Below are positions 1 to 7,208 of a DNA stretch of 37,193 bases, in pieces. The stretch lies in assembly GCA_035945735.1 (NCBI GenBank), contig DASYZY010000033.1, positions 1 through 37,193 of the forward strand, given 5' to 3'. Positions within the stretch are counted from its first letter, which is position 1; each line of letters opens with the position of its first letter. This stretch comes from Thermoplasmata archaeon (GTDB lineage: Archaea; Thermoplasmatota; Thermoplasmata; Lutacidiplasmatales; UBA184). The notes below the pieces were generated by a model, which made no database searches, was not told where the DNA came from, and was given only the letters and a program-made list of their open reading frames with translations. A program made the position numbers and the translations under genes.

Positions 1-300
1 CGGGTCGGGCGGCATGGTGCGCGCGACCATCGTGTCGTAGATGTAGAAGTAGGACCGCTGGTGGCACAGCGGGCAGGCCATGTAGCGCCCCTTCCCAAGA
101 CGGACCGAGGTGAACGAGGCCCCGGGGACCCAATCGTAGTCGAACTCCTGCTGACACTTCGGGCACCGCAGATGGGAGCGCTGGACGAGGCCGTGGGTCC
201 CGAGCCGCCGGCCGCGAAGGTAGACGTACGCGAACCACGAGATGGCGAAGACGGCCACGACGGAGGCGATGAGGCCGAAGATGAGCAGGCGGCTCGTCAC
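1..300 (-). CDS. Membrane-anchored zinc-ribbon protein; C-terminal part runs off the left edge (partial)
   Basis: It is edge-truncated, so it is absent from the ORF track. The reverse frame from GTG (300..298) reads VTSRLLIFGLIASVVAVFAISWFAYVYLRGRR...RCPKC-x26-CPLCHQ... This gives one N-terminal TM helix followed by CxxC...CxxC. Third codon positions are almost all G/C, and GGGGGA lies a few nt upstream of the GTG. The + strand ORF 61..339 is its antisense shadow. Confidence 0.6.
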   Translation of the reverse strand, partial: MTSRLLIFGLIASVVAVFAISWFAYVYLRGRRLGTHGLVQRSHLRCPKCQQEFDYDWVPGASFTSVRLGKGRYMACPLCHQRSYFYIYDTMVARTMPPDP

Positions 301-456
301 GTTCGTTCCCCCGGGGCTTCGAGTTCGCGTGGAGCTTAGGCGTTTTCGTCCCGAACCCCGTCCCGGCCCGTTCGTCGCTCGCTCGATCGGGTGACCGCTC
401 GGAGCGGGGACCGCTCGCCCCGCGGGTGTTACGAATACAAAAAACTGCACAACAGG

Positions 457-475
457 CTATAACCGAGTCTCGGTT
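457..475 (+). promoter_or_regulatory. TATA-like box (CTATAAC, 457..463) overlapped by the perfect palindrome AACCGAG-T-CTCGGTT (461..475); candidate NikR operator
   Basis: It sits in an AT-rich pocket (426..470) in otherwise GC-rich DNA, 10-28 nt upstream of the permease GTG at 485. The 7-bp arms are exact reverse complements. Confidence 0.3.
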
Positions 476-484
476 GCGGCGGGC

Positions 485-1600
485 GTGCCGTCACCCGCGC
501 CACGAGCGACCGCCCCGGCGCTCGCGCTCACCGCCCCAGAGAAGCTGGCCATCGCGATGCTCTACCTCGCCATCGGGGGCGTCACCCTCGGCGCCTTCGT
601 CATCGCCTTCGCCTATCTTCCGCCGTCGACCGCCGGCGGCGCCTCCCATGGGTTCCTTCTGTTCACGGGCCTCGGCATCACGGCGTACATCCTCGGCCTT
701 CGGCACGGCTTCGATGCCGACCACATCGCCGCGATCGACAACACCACCCGCAAGCTGCTCAACGAGGGCAAGCGCCCGCTGACGGTGGGCACCTGGTTCT
801 CCCTCGGCCACTCCACCATCGTCTGCGGCATGGTGGTCGCCCTCGTGCTCGCCACCGAGTACGTCCAGAGCCACATCGCCGCCTTCGCTTCCGTCGGGGC
901 GGTCGTGGGCACGCTCGTCTCCGGCATCTTCCTCTTCATCATTGGGCTCGTGAATCTCGTCATCGTCGCCGAGGTGTACCGTATCTTCCGAGGTCTGCGG
1001 GACCGGCAGCTCGACGAGTCCGAGCTCGAGGAGCAACTCCAGAAGCGCGGCTTCCTGTACCGCTACTTCGGCCGCTTGTTCCGGGTGATCGAGACCCCCC
1101 GTCAGATCTACCCGGTCGGGGTCCTGTTCGGCCTGGGCTTCGACACGGCGACCGAGGTGACACTGATCGCGATCAGTCTCACCGTGGGTGTGACCGGCGC
1201 AGTACCGCTGTGGGCCGTCCTGATCCTTCCGCTCTTGTTCACCTGCGGGATGGTGCTTTCGGACACGACCGACGGCTTCGCGATGCGATACGCCTACGGT
1301 TGGGCGTTCCTGAAGCCGATCCGGAAGATCTACTACAACCTCACCCTCACGATCATCTCCGTCCTCGTGGCCTTCGCCATCGGCGGTGTCGAGCTCCTGC
1401 AAGTGCTCTCCGCCGAGCTCGGATGGCGCGGAGGTTTCTGGGGCTGGCTCGACGCGCTCAACTTCGCGCAGCTCGGGATCGGGATCGTCCTGCTCTTCCT
1501 CGTCACCTGGGGCGTGGCGATGCTGATCTACCGTGTCCGACGGTACGAAGAGGGCGGCTTTTCCCGCCCGCCCGAAGGGCGAGCCACCGCGCCGGGCTGA
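485..1600 (+). CDS. NiCoT-family nickel/cobalt permease (HoxN/NixA type, TC 2.A.52)
   Basis: This is a 371-aa polytopic membrane ORF carrying the NiCoT signature motifs GLRHGFDADHIAAIDNTTR, FSLGHSTIV and FGLGFDTATEV. The start is GTG at 485; an in-frame ATG at 557 is an alternative. Confidence 0.85.
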   Translation: MPSPAPRATAPALALTAPEKLAIAMLYLAIGGVTLGAFVIAFAYLPPSTAGGASHGFLLFTGLGITAYILGLRHGFDADHIAAIDNTTRKLLNEGKRPLTVGTWFSLGHSTIVCGMVVALVLATEYVQSHIAAFASVGAVVGTLVSGIFLFIIGLVNLVIVAEVYRIFRGLRDRQLDESELEEQLQKRGFLYRYFGRLFRVIETPRQIYPVGVLFGLGFDTATEVTLIAISLTVGVTGAVPLWAVLILPLLFTCGMVLSDTTDGFAMRYAYGWAFLKPIRKIYYNLTLTIISVLVAFAIGGVELLQVLSAELGWRGGFWGWLDALNFAQLGIGIVLLFLVTWGVAMLIYRVRRYEEGGFSRPPEGRATAPG

Positions 1601-1616
1601 CCGCGGGGCATCGATC

Positions 1617-2093
1617 GTGGCGCGTCGTTCGAGTGGGGCGGTCCGGTTCGCGATATCGCTGCCCCCAGACCTCGCTCGACGCCTCGACGCGTGGGTCGCC
1701 CGACGGAACTCGCGGAGCCGCTCGGAGGCGATCCGGTTCCTGGTGCGGCGCGCGCTCGGTGAGGAGGTGACCGGGGGCGATCCCGAGGCCGACGCGCTCG
1801 CGGCGCTCCTCCTGCTCTACCGGCACGACGCCCCCCGGCTGCTGCCTCGGCTGGCCCGAGCCCAGCATCGGTGGGGGGAGCACATCCGCTCCTCCACCCA
1901 TGTCCATCTCGAGGGCGAGGCCTGCGCCGAGCTCCTCCTTCTGGCGGGCAAGCGAGGAGAGCTCGAGCGGGCCACGACCGACCTGCGGGGGGTCAAGGGG
2001 CTGCGCGATGGGCGCGCGGTCCTCGTTGATCCATCGGTGGCCGAAGGACGAACCGGCCACCGCCATCCGCACCGGCGGACGGCGGCCCGGTAG
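1617..2093 (+). CDS. nikR: Nickel-responsive regulator NikR (ribbon-helix-helix plus C-terminal metal-binding domain)
   Basis: The N-terminus is a ribbon-helix-helix (VRFAISLPPDLARRLDAWVARRNSRSRSEAIRFLVRRAL). The C-terminal domain has a His/Cys cluster (HRWGEHIRSSTHVHLEGEAC). The track ORF starts at 1533 inside the permease gene. GTG at 1617, 16 nt after the permease stop, is the likelier start. Confidence 0.75.
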   Translation: MARRSSGAVRFAISLPPDLARRLDAWVARRNSRSRSEAIRFLVRRALGEEVTGGDPEADALAALLLLYRHDAPRLLPRLARAQHRWGEHIRSSTHVHLEGEACAELLLLAGKRGELERATTDLRGVKGLRDGRAVLVDPSVAEGRTGHRHPHRRTAAR

Positions 2094-2101
2094 CCTGCCC
2101 C

Positions 2102-2902
2102 CTATCGGCGGGGCGGCGTCGGACCGTCGGTGGCCCGAGGCCCGGTCGTCGACTTCGCCAAGGGACCGGGACGGGCGGTGCGGGGAGTGCTCCGCGCGCG
2201 GCGTCGCTTCCGGAATCCAAATAGGCCGAGCCCCACCCGGCGCACGGGCCGGCCGCCGGTCCGCGCGGCCCATCGCGCGAGCGCCGGGCAGAGCGATCCG
2301 CCCGGTCCGTGGTCGGCGATGGCGACGGCGCCCACGGGGAGTCGGGGGTCGAGGCTTCGGAACTCCCGGTACGACTGCGAGCACTCGTGCGGTACGTCGT
2401 AGACGAACAGGTCGATGCGGGGGAGTTCCTTGGCGAGCTGCGGGAGCAGCTCGCCCTTGTCCCCCAAGTGCAGGACCCACCGGTGCCGGAGCGCGGAGGG
2501 AATGGCCCAGCCCGGCTCCCGACCGGGCGGGAGCGTCCACGACGCCAGCGGCGCGGCCCGACCGCTACGGGAACGGCGAGGGTAGCTCGGAAGGTCGACC
2601 GAGTGGAGCGTCCCCCGGCCGTTCCGATCCAGGGCGGCGAGAAGGTAGGCGGTGGAGACCCCCGACGAGACACCAACCTCGAGGACTCGCAGGGGGCGAA
2701 GGGCTCGGACGATGGCGTGGAGCTCGAGAGGGGCGTCGATCTCGATGTAGGAGGAGCGGCCCTCGCGCCGATGCTCACGCGCCAGGTGCGCGAACAGGTG
2801 GCGCTCCGCCGCGGCCTCGGTCAGGAGTCGCTCGGCCCGGTCCGACGAGCAGCCGGTCAGCGCGCCCACCCAGGCGGGGTCGGGAGCGCTTTCCAGTTGC
2901 AT
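2102..2902 (-). CDS. Class I SAM-dependent methyltransferase (Methyltransf_24 / O-methyltransferase-like)
   Basis: Motif I is LRVLEVGVSSGVSTAYLLAAL, followed by an acidic motif (IDLFVYDVPHE). The C-terminal roughly 50 aa are Arg/Pro-rich and low-complexity. It lies 30 nt downstream of the phosphatase gene on the same strand. Confidence 0.65.
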   Translation of the reverse strand: MQLESAPDPAWVGALTGCSSDRAERLLTEAAAERHLFAHLAREHRREGRSSYIEIDAPLELHAIVRALRPLRVLEVGVSSGVSTAYLLAALDRNGRGTLHSVDLPSYPRRSRSGRAAPLASWTLPPGREPGWAIPSALRHRWVLHLGDKGELLPQLAKELPRIDLFVYDVPHECSQSYREFRSLDPRLPVGAVAIADHGPGGSLCPALARWAARTGGRPVRRVGLGLFGFRKRRRARSTPRTARPGPLAKSTTGPRATDGPTPPRR

Positions 2903-2932
2903 GGGGGCCGACGAGGGGCCTCGGGCGGTGGC

Positions 2933-3382
2933 CTAAGGGTTGGATTCGAGCGATTGCCAGTGCCCGATCCACTCCCGGGCCTCCTCGACGCGCGGCCGGA
3001 CCTCCCGGATCCGGGCGTACGCCTCCGAGAGCGGGATGCGGTCGTGGCGATGGAGATACCAGGCGCCGGCGAGCGGAGAGCGCCGCACGCCGTGCCCGCA
3101 GAACAGGAGCACCGGCTCGCCGGCCTTTCGCGCCGCCTCGACCCAGCCGCTGACCCGTTCGAGATTGGGCAGGATGGGGGCATCCGCCTTCTCGTCGTAG
3201 ATCGCGAGCTGTTCGTCCGCGGGAAGCTCGCCGTCGGGTCGCTCATCGAGCACGCAGTACCGCCGACCCGCGAACTCGACGGCATCCGACCAGCCGCCCA
3301 CGAACACCCCGGGGGCGATCTCCGACGGGCTCTTCCGGCGACGGGTCGGCGCGGGGCTCCGCGCGGGGCTGGATCGCGGCAT
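2933..3382 (-). CDS. Dual-specificity / protein-tyrosine-phosphatase-like protein (CX5R)
   Basis: The active-site P-loop is LLFCGHGVRRS (CX5R-S) in a 149-aa protein. The length and motif position are typical of small DSP/PTP-fold phosphatases. Confidence 0.65.
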   Translation of the reverse strand: MPRSSPARSPAPTRRRKSPSEIAPGVFVGGWSDAVEFAGRRYCVLDERPDGELPADEQLAIYDEKADAPILPNLERVSGWVEAARKAGEPVLLFCGHGVRRSPLAGAWYLHRHDRIPLSEAYARIREVRPRVEEAREWIGHWQSLESNP

Positions 3383-3403
3383 GCTAGGGAAAAGTCACGG
3401 GGA

Positions 3404-3411
3404 GGTATAAT
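3404..3411. promoter_or_regulatory. TATA-like box (GGTATAAT) in the divergent phosphatase/PiT intergenic region
   Basis: It is the only AT-rich element in 3383..3472. It lies about 24 nt upstream of the minus-strand ATG at 3382 (leaderless geometry) and about 62 nt upstream of the PiT GTG. Confidence 0.3.
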
Positions 3412-3472
3412 GGGTGGAGGCCTCCGACCAACCCCGGGCGACCGGTCGTCCGAGGGGCGGAGGTAGCCGAGC

Positions 3473-4444
3473 GTGCTCTCGGTCGAGCTGATCCTGCTCG
3501 TGGTCCTGGCGCTGGCCTTCGCGTTCTCGATCGGCGCCCACTACACGGGGGCTTGCATGGGGATGCCCTACGCCGCCGGCGCGATCGGCGTGGGCCGCGC
3601 GCTGCTCCTGCTCGCCCCGCTCGCGTTCCTCGGCGCGGCGCTGGCGAGCGAAGGGGTCGAGCAAACGGTCGGTCACGGTCTCCTGGTGGCCGGCTCGGCG
3701 CCGATCTTCCTCGCAGTGGCCATCCTGGCCTCCGCCCTCCTGCTGACGACCGCGTACAACCTGGTCGCGCTCCCCACCTCGACCATCCAGATCCTCGTCT
3801 TCTCCACCGTCGGAGCGGCGCTCGCCGGTGGGTACGCGGTCGAGTGGGCCACGCTCGGCCGGCTGCTGCTCGTCTGGATCCTCGCGCCGCCCATCGCCTG
3901 TGGACTGGGCTACCTGTTCGGCCGGATCCGGAGCCCCCGCGAGGCGAAGGAGGAGACGAAGCCCTCGCTGGCACCGCGCATGGCCTTCGCCCTGGTGGCC
4001 GTCGGCGCCATCGCTTCGTTCGCGATGGGAGCGAACGACGTTGCCAACGCGTCGGGGGCCCTGATCCTCTCGGGGAACTTCACCCTCGTCACGGCGGCGC
4101 TGGTCGGCGGGGCCGGCCTCGCGGTCGGGGCGTTCACGTGGGGGCGGCCGCTCCTGCAGACCGTCGCGTTCCGGATCGTCCGGCTCGACCCCTCGATGGC
4201 GTTCTCGGCCCAGCTCGCGCAGGCGGCGGTGATCTTGGGCGCGGTCGCCTTCGGCCTCTTCACCTCGATCAACCAGGTCCTCGTCGGGGCGATGATCGGC
4301 ACGGGACTCGCCCGCCGCCGGGCGACGCTGATCGCTCCGGCGATCCGGAACATCCTGATCGGATGGGCGCTCGGCCCGATCTCGGGTCTGGCGCTCGGCC
4401 TGGGGCTGGGATGGGCCGTGCTCCGAGCGGCCGGCCTCGGTTGA
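3473..4444 (+). CDS. Inorganic phosphate (or sulfate) transporter, PiT/PHO4 family
   Basis: The protein is 323 aa and strongly hydrophobic throughout. It carries PiT motifs FAFSIGAHYTGACMG near the N-terminus and FAMGANDVANASGA in the second half. Confidence 0.85.
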   Translation: MLSVELILLVVLALAFAFSIGAHYTGACMGMPYAAGAIGVGRALLLLAPLAFLGAALASEGVEQTVGHGLLVAGSAPIFLAVAILASALLLTTAYNLVALPTSTIQILVFSTVGAALAGGYAVEWATLGRLLLVWILAPPIACGLGYLFGRIRSPREAKEETKPSLAPRMAFALVAVGAIASFAMGANDVANASGALILSGNFTLVTAALVGGAGLAVGAFTWGRPLLQTVAFRIVRLDPSMAFSAQLAQAAVILGAVAFGLFTSINQVLVGAMIGTGLARRRATLIAPAIRNILIGWALGPISGLALGLGLGWAVLRAAGLG

Positions 4445-4482
4445 GCGCGCGCTCGAGGATCCGCTCCTCTCGGGCTTCGACC

Positions 4483-4490
4483 GATATATA
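4483..4490 (+). promoter_or_regulatory. TATA box (GATATATA) for the VOC gene
   Basis: It ends 25 nt upstream of the ATG at 4515, which is the geometry of a leaderless archaeal promoter. Confidence 0.4.
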
Positions 4491-4514
4491 CGACGGCGGG
4501 GCTTCGCGCCGTCG

Positions 4515-4934
4515 ATGGCGAAGAAGGTCCACTTCCTGTACACCGGGCTCCGGGTGAGGAATCTCGCGCGCTCGCTCCGGTTCTACCGTGGGCTCGGCTT
4601 CCGCGAGGTCTCCCGGGGCACGATGAAGCACGGCGGGGTCTGGGTCCACCTGCGCTTTCCGGGCTCGGTCCACGAGCTCGAACTGAACTACTACCCGAAG
4701 GGCAACCGCTTCTACACGCCCTTCCGGCCCGGCGAGGAGTTCGACCATTTCGGCTTCTACGCCCCCGACGTGCGCGCCTGGCGCGACAAGGCGACTCGGG
4801 CCGGCGCGAAAGTGGCCAAGGAGTTCGACGACGGCAAGGCGAGCTTGGTCTACGTCAAGGACCCCGACGGCGTCTGGCTCGAGGCGTTCGGACCGAGGGC
4901 GGCTCCACCCAAGAAGCGCCGAGCCGCGTCGTAG
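4515..4934 (+). CDS. VOC-superfamily protein (glyoxalase I / bleomycin-resistance fold), paralog 1
   Basis: The start is the typical HFLYTGLRVRNLARSLRFYRGLGF, followed by EEFDHFGFY and VYVKDPDGVWLE. It aligns by eye with the ORF at 26372..26818. Confidence 0.8.
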   Translation: MAKKVHFLYTGLRVRNLARSLRFYRGLGFREVSRGTMKHGGVWVHLRFPGSVHELELNYYPKGNRFYTPFRPGEEFDHFGFYAPDVRAWRDKATRAGAKVAKEFDDGKASLVYVKDPDGVWLEAFGPRAAPPKKRRAAS

Positions 4935-4958
4935 CCCCGCTTCGCTACCCCCATCTGT

Positions 4959-4982
4959 CCGACACGTCCGGATGCGTGTCGG
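4959..4982 (+). terminator. Hairpin CCGACACG-(8 nt)-CGTGTCGG downstream of the VOC gene
   Basis: The perfect 8-bp stem lies 25 nt after the stop at 4934. There is no T-tract, so a terminator role is uncertain. Confidence 0.25.
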
Positions 4983-5052
4983 CCGGCGCCACAAGGTATA
5001 AGGAGGGGAAACCGGCAAAACACGAGGATGCGGGAAGCCGGGGGCCTGCGAC

Positions 5053-7134
5053 GTGAACACTGGTCCAGCAAGCGGTCACCCGTCGGCGCGGATCGCGCTC
5101 CTGCTCGTCGCTAGCCTCGGGGTTCTCCTCCTCTCGGGGGCGCTCGGACCGGTCGCCGGGGCGCCCGGCCACTTCTCCGCATCACCCGCACTACATGGGT
5201 CGCCCCTAGCCGCTCACGGGCCACAGCCGGCGAGCGCCGCTCCGTCGCCGGCGGCTCCGCGTCCGGCCGCCGTGACGCTCTCGGAGACCGGTATCTCCCC
5301 CGCCGCGCTCTCGCTCGGTTGGACCCAAGCCAGCGGCTTCCTTTTCGCCGACTACACGGTGGACGAGTCGACGAGCGGCGCCGGCGGCCCCTGGAGCGTT
5401 CTCGCGACGTACACCTCGAACACCCAGACCAGCTTCGGCGCCGGCGACCTCGCCCCGGGCGCCGAGAGCTGGTGGGAGGTCCTCAACTACAACAGCCTCG
5501 GGGGCTCCTCGACCTCCAACGTGGTCGACGCCGTCCAGCCGCCGGTGGCGATGCTCAACGTAACCCAGCCGAGCGGCTCCTCGGCCACCTTCAACTGGAC
5601 CAACAACGCGAGCTACGGCGGCACGCTTGCGTTCACGAGCTACGATCTGTACGAGGAGAAGAACGGCACGACGCCCACCGTCGTCGCCTCGATCGTCAAC
5701 CCCTCGGTGCTGACCTTCACCGTCACCAGCCTGGCCGGCGGTGTGGGCTACTCCTTCTACCTCAACTCGACCGACTGCTACAGCGGCTGCGGCGCGGGCG
5801 GCCAGGCCTACAGCACCACGGAGTCCAACGTGGTCAACATCGGGACTCCGCTACCCCTGGGCGCCTCCGTCTCCGCCTCCCGCTCCTTCGTCGACGCCGG
5901 CGAGCCGGATCTCTTCAACTGCAATCCGACCGGGGGCGTCACGCCGTACTCCTTCAACTGGTCGTTCGATGGCAGTGCCTACACGCCGGCCGGGCAGAGC
6001 ATCAACCATGCCTTCGCAGCGGGCGCCGCGAACGCGAGCTGCCGCGTCACCGACTCGAGCCACGCGACGGCCCTCGCCGCCACCAGCATTACCGTGAACC
6101 CGGCCCCGACGATCACGGCCAGCGTCAACCGCAGCGCGGCCGACCTCGGCCAGGAGCTCGCCTACGCCTGCACGCCGGCCAACGGCTCCGCCCCGTTCAC
6201 CACGAGCTGGAGCTACGGGGACGGGAGCCCGCTCGGGGCGGCGGTCTCGACGCATACCTACGCGACGGCGGGGAGCGTCGTGGCCACCTGCACGGCGACC
6301 GACCAAGCCGACGTCCAGGTGAGCGACCAGTTCCCGGTCCTGCTCAGCCCCGATCCCACGGTCTCCGCGAGCGTGAGCGCGCTGGTGGCCGCCCCCCTCA
6401 CTGTGCTCACCTTCACCGGCACGCCGCAGGCCGGCTCGGGCACGTGGGCCAGCACCCAATGGAACTTCGGCGACGGCTCCAACGCCCACGGTAGCCGGCT
6501 GGCCCATGCCTTCACCACGGCCGGCAACTTCACGGCGAGCTACCACGCGACCGACTCCAACGGGCTTACCGCCTCCCAGAACTTCGCACTGACGATCCGG
6601 ACGCTCGCCGTCGCCGTCCTCTCCGCGCCGAGCGCCGCGCACCCCGGGGCGAAGCTCACCTTCACCGCCAACGCGACCGGCGGCGCGGCGGGCCCGTACA
6701 ACTACACCTGGACCTTCGGAGACGGCTCCGTGGGCTACGGAGCCTCCGTCGAGCACACCTACTCGGCTCCGAACACCTTCCACCCCACGCTCGTCGTGAC
6801 CGACGCGCTCGGAGCTACCGCTGCCCCGACATTGCCCGCCGTGGCGGTCACCACGCCCCCGCCACCGGCCCCGGCAGTCTCGATCTGGGAGATCCTTGCG
6901 ATCGGCCTCGTCGCCGGCCTCCTGATCGGCCTCGTCGCCTACGCCCGGCTCCGCCGCGGCGAGTCCGAAGAGCTCCGGGGCAAGGCGCCCTGGGTGCCGA
7001 CGACCGACCCGAACCGGACGGTCCGGGGCGTCAAGGTCTGCCGGAGCTGCGGGACGGCGAACCTCCCGATCCGGACGACCTGCGAGGCCTGCGGCCACGA
7101 CCTCCCGCGCTGGGCGCAGCGCACCAACAGCTAG
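5053..7134 (+). CDS. Surface protein: signal peptide, two FN3-like domains, four PKD domains, one TM helix and a cytoplasmic zinc ribbon
   Basis: The N-terminal signal/anchor is ARIALLLVASLGVLLLSGALG. Four repeats carry the PKD signature (WSFDGS, WSYGDGS, WNFGDGS, WTFGDGS, each followed by H-x-Y/F ... TD). The TM helix is IWEILAIGLVAGLLIGLVAYA (about 6874..6948). The C-terminal tail carries CRSCG-x10-CEACGH (7039..7095). About a dozen N-x-S/T sequons occur in the predicted extracellular part. Confidence 0.85.
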   Translation: MNTGPASGHPSARIALLLVASLGVLLLSGALGPVAGAPGHFSASPALHGSPLAAHGPQPASAAPSPAAPRPAAVTLSETGISPAALSLGWTQASGFLFADYTVDESTSGAGGPWSVLATYTSNTQTSFGAGDLAPGAESWWEVLNYNSLGGSSTSNVVDAVQPPVAMLNVTQPSGSSATFNWTNNASYGGTLAFTSYDLYEEKNGTTPTVVASIVNPSVLTFTVTSLAGGVGYSFYLNSTDCYSGCGAGGQAYSTTESNVVNIGTPLPLGASVSASRSFVDAGEPDLFNCNPTGGVTPYSFNWSFDGSAYTPAGQSINHAFAAGAANASCRVTDSSHATALAATSITVNPAPTITASVNRSAADLGQELAYACTPANGSAPFTTSWSYGDGSPLGAAVSTHTYATAGSVVATCTATDQADVQVSDQFPVLLSPDPTVSASVSALVAAPLTVLTFTGTPQAGSGTWASTQWNFGDGSNAHGSRLAHAFTTAGNFTASYHATDSNGLTASQNFALTIRTLAVAVLSAPSAAHPGAKLTFTANATGGAAGPYNYTWTFGDGSVGYGASVEHTYSAPNTFHPTLVVTDALGATAAPTLPAVAVTTPPPPAPAVSIWEILAIGLVAGLLIGLVAYARLRRGESEELRGKAPWVPTTDPNRTVRGVKVCRSCGTANLPIRTTCEACGHDLPRWAQRTNS
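5857..6846 (+). repeat. Tandem array of four PKD-domain coding repeats (about 80-85 codons each)
   Basis: The pattern W-x-F/Y-G/D-DGS ... H-x-F/Y ... TD recurs at protein positions of roughly 303, 386, 470 and 553. The repeats are diverged at the DNA level. Confidence 0.7.
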
Positions 7135-7208
7135 GCCGAGCCTCCCGCCCCGGGCGGGGGTCGACCCTATAGCCCGGTGCCCGTTGAGCGGCCGTTTCTC
7201 CCGAGCGG

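Noticed and set aside
61-339. + strand ORF of 92 aa at the left edge
   Set aside because: It is antisense to a much better reverse-strand frame (1..300) that has a TM helix, CxxC pairs and near-uniform G/C at third positions. Its own translation is Gly/Asp/Arg-rich and low-complexity.
491-1402. 303-aa minus-strand ORF (and 613..963, 960..1163, 1210..1770) over the nickel permease gene
   Set aside because: These are shadow frames of a gene with unambiguous NiCoT motifs. The translations are dominated by D/E/G/R runs, as is typical of GC-rich antisense frames.
1503-3153. Long overlapping ORFs 1503..2540 (-), 1900..3153 (+), 1993..2778 (-) and 2309..3466 (+)
   Set aside because: The translations are Arg/Pro/Gly/Ala-rich with no motifs. 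They overlap nikR, the SAM-methyltransferase and the CX5R phosphatase, which do have motifs.
3416-3448. Short GC-rich palindromes GGAGGCCTCC (3416..3425) and CGACCGGTCG (3439..3448) upstream of the PiT gene
   Set aside because: Ten-bp GC palindromes are expected by chance at this base composition. They are not positioned on a promoter element, so they were kept as a note only.
3384-4557. ORFs 3395..4543 (-, 382 aa), 3553..4557 (+, 334 aa) and 3384..3974 (-)
   Set aside because: These are alternate frames of the PiT transporter gene. They are extremely Arg/Asp/Glu/Pro-rich and implausible as proteins.
5319-7098. ORFs 5319..6494 (+, 391 aa) and 5851..7098 (-, 415 aa)
   Set aside because: These are alternate or antisense frames of the PKD surface-protein gene. 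They are Arg/Gly-rich, whereas the chosen frame gives a signal peptide, PKD signatures and a TM helix.
7144-7158. GC hairpin CCCGC-CCCGG-GCGGG after the PKD gene, and a nearby CTATAG
   Set aside because: The stem is only 5 bp in roughly 70 percent GC DNA, there is no T-tract, and the spacing of CTATAG to the GltD-like start is poor. It is not distinguishable from background.
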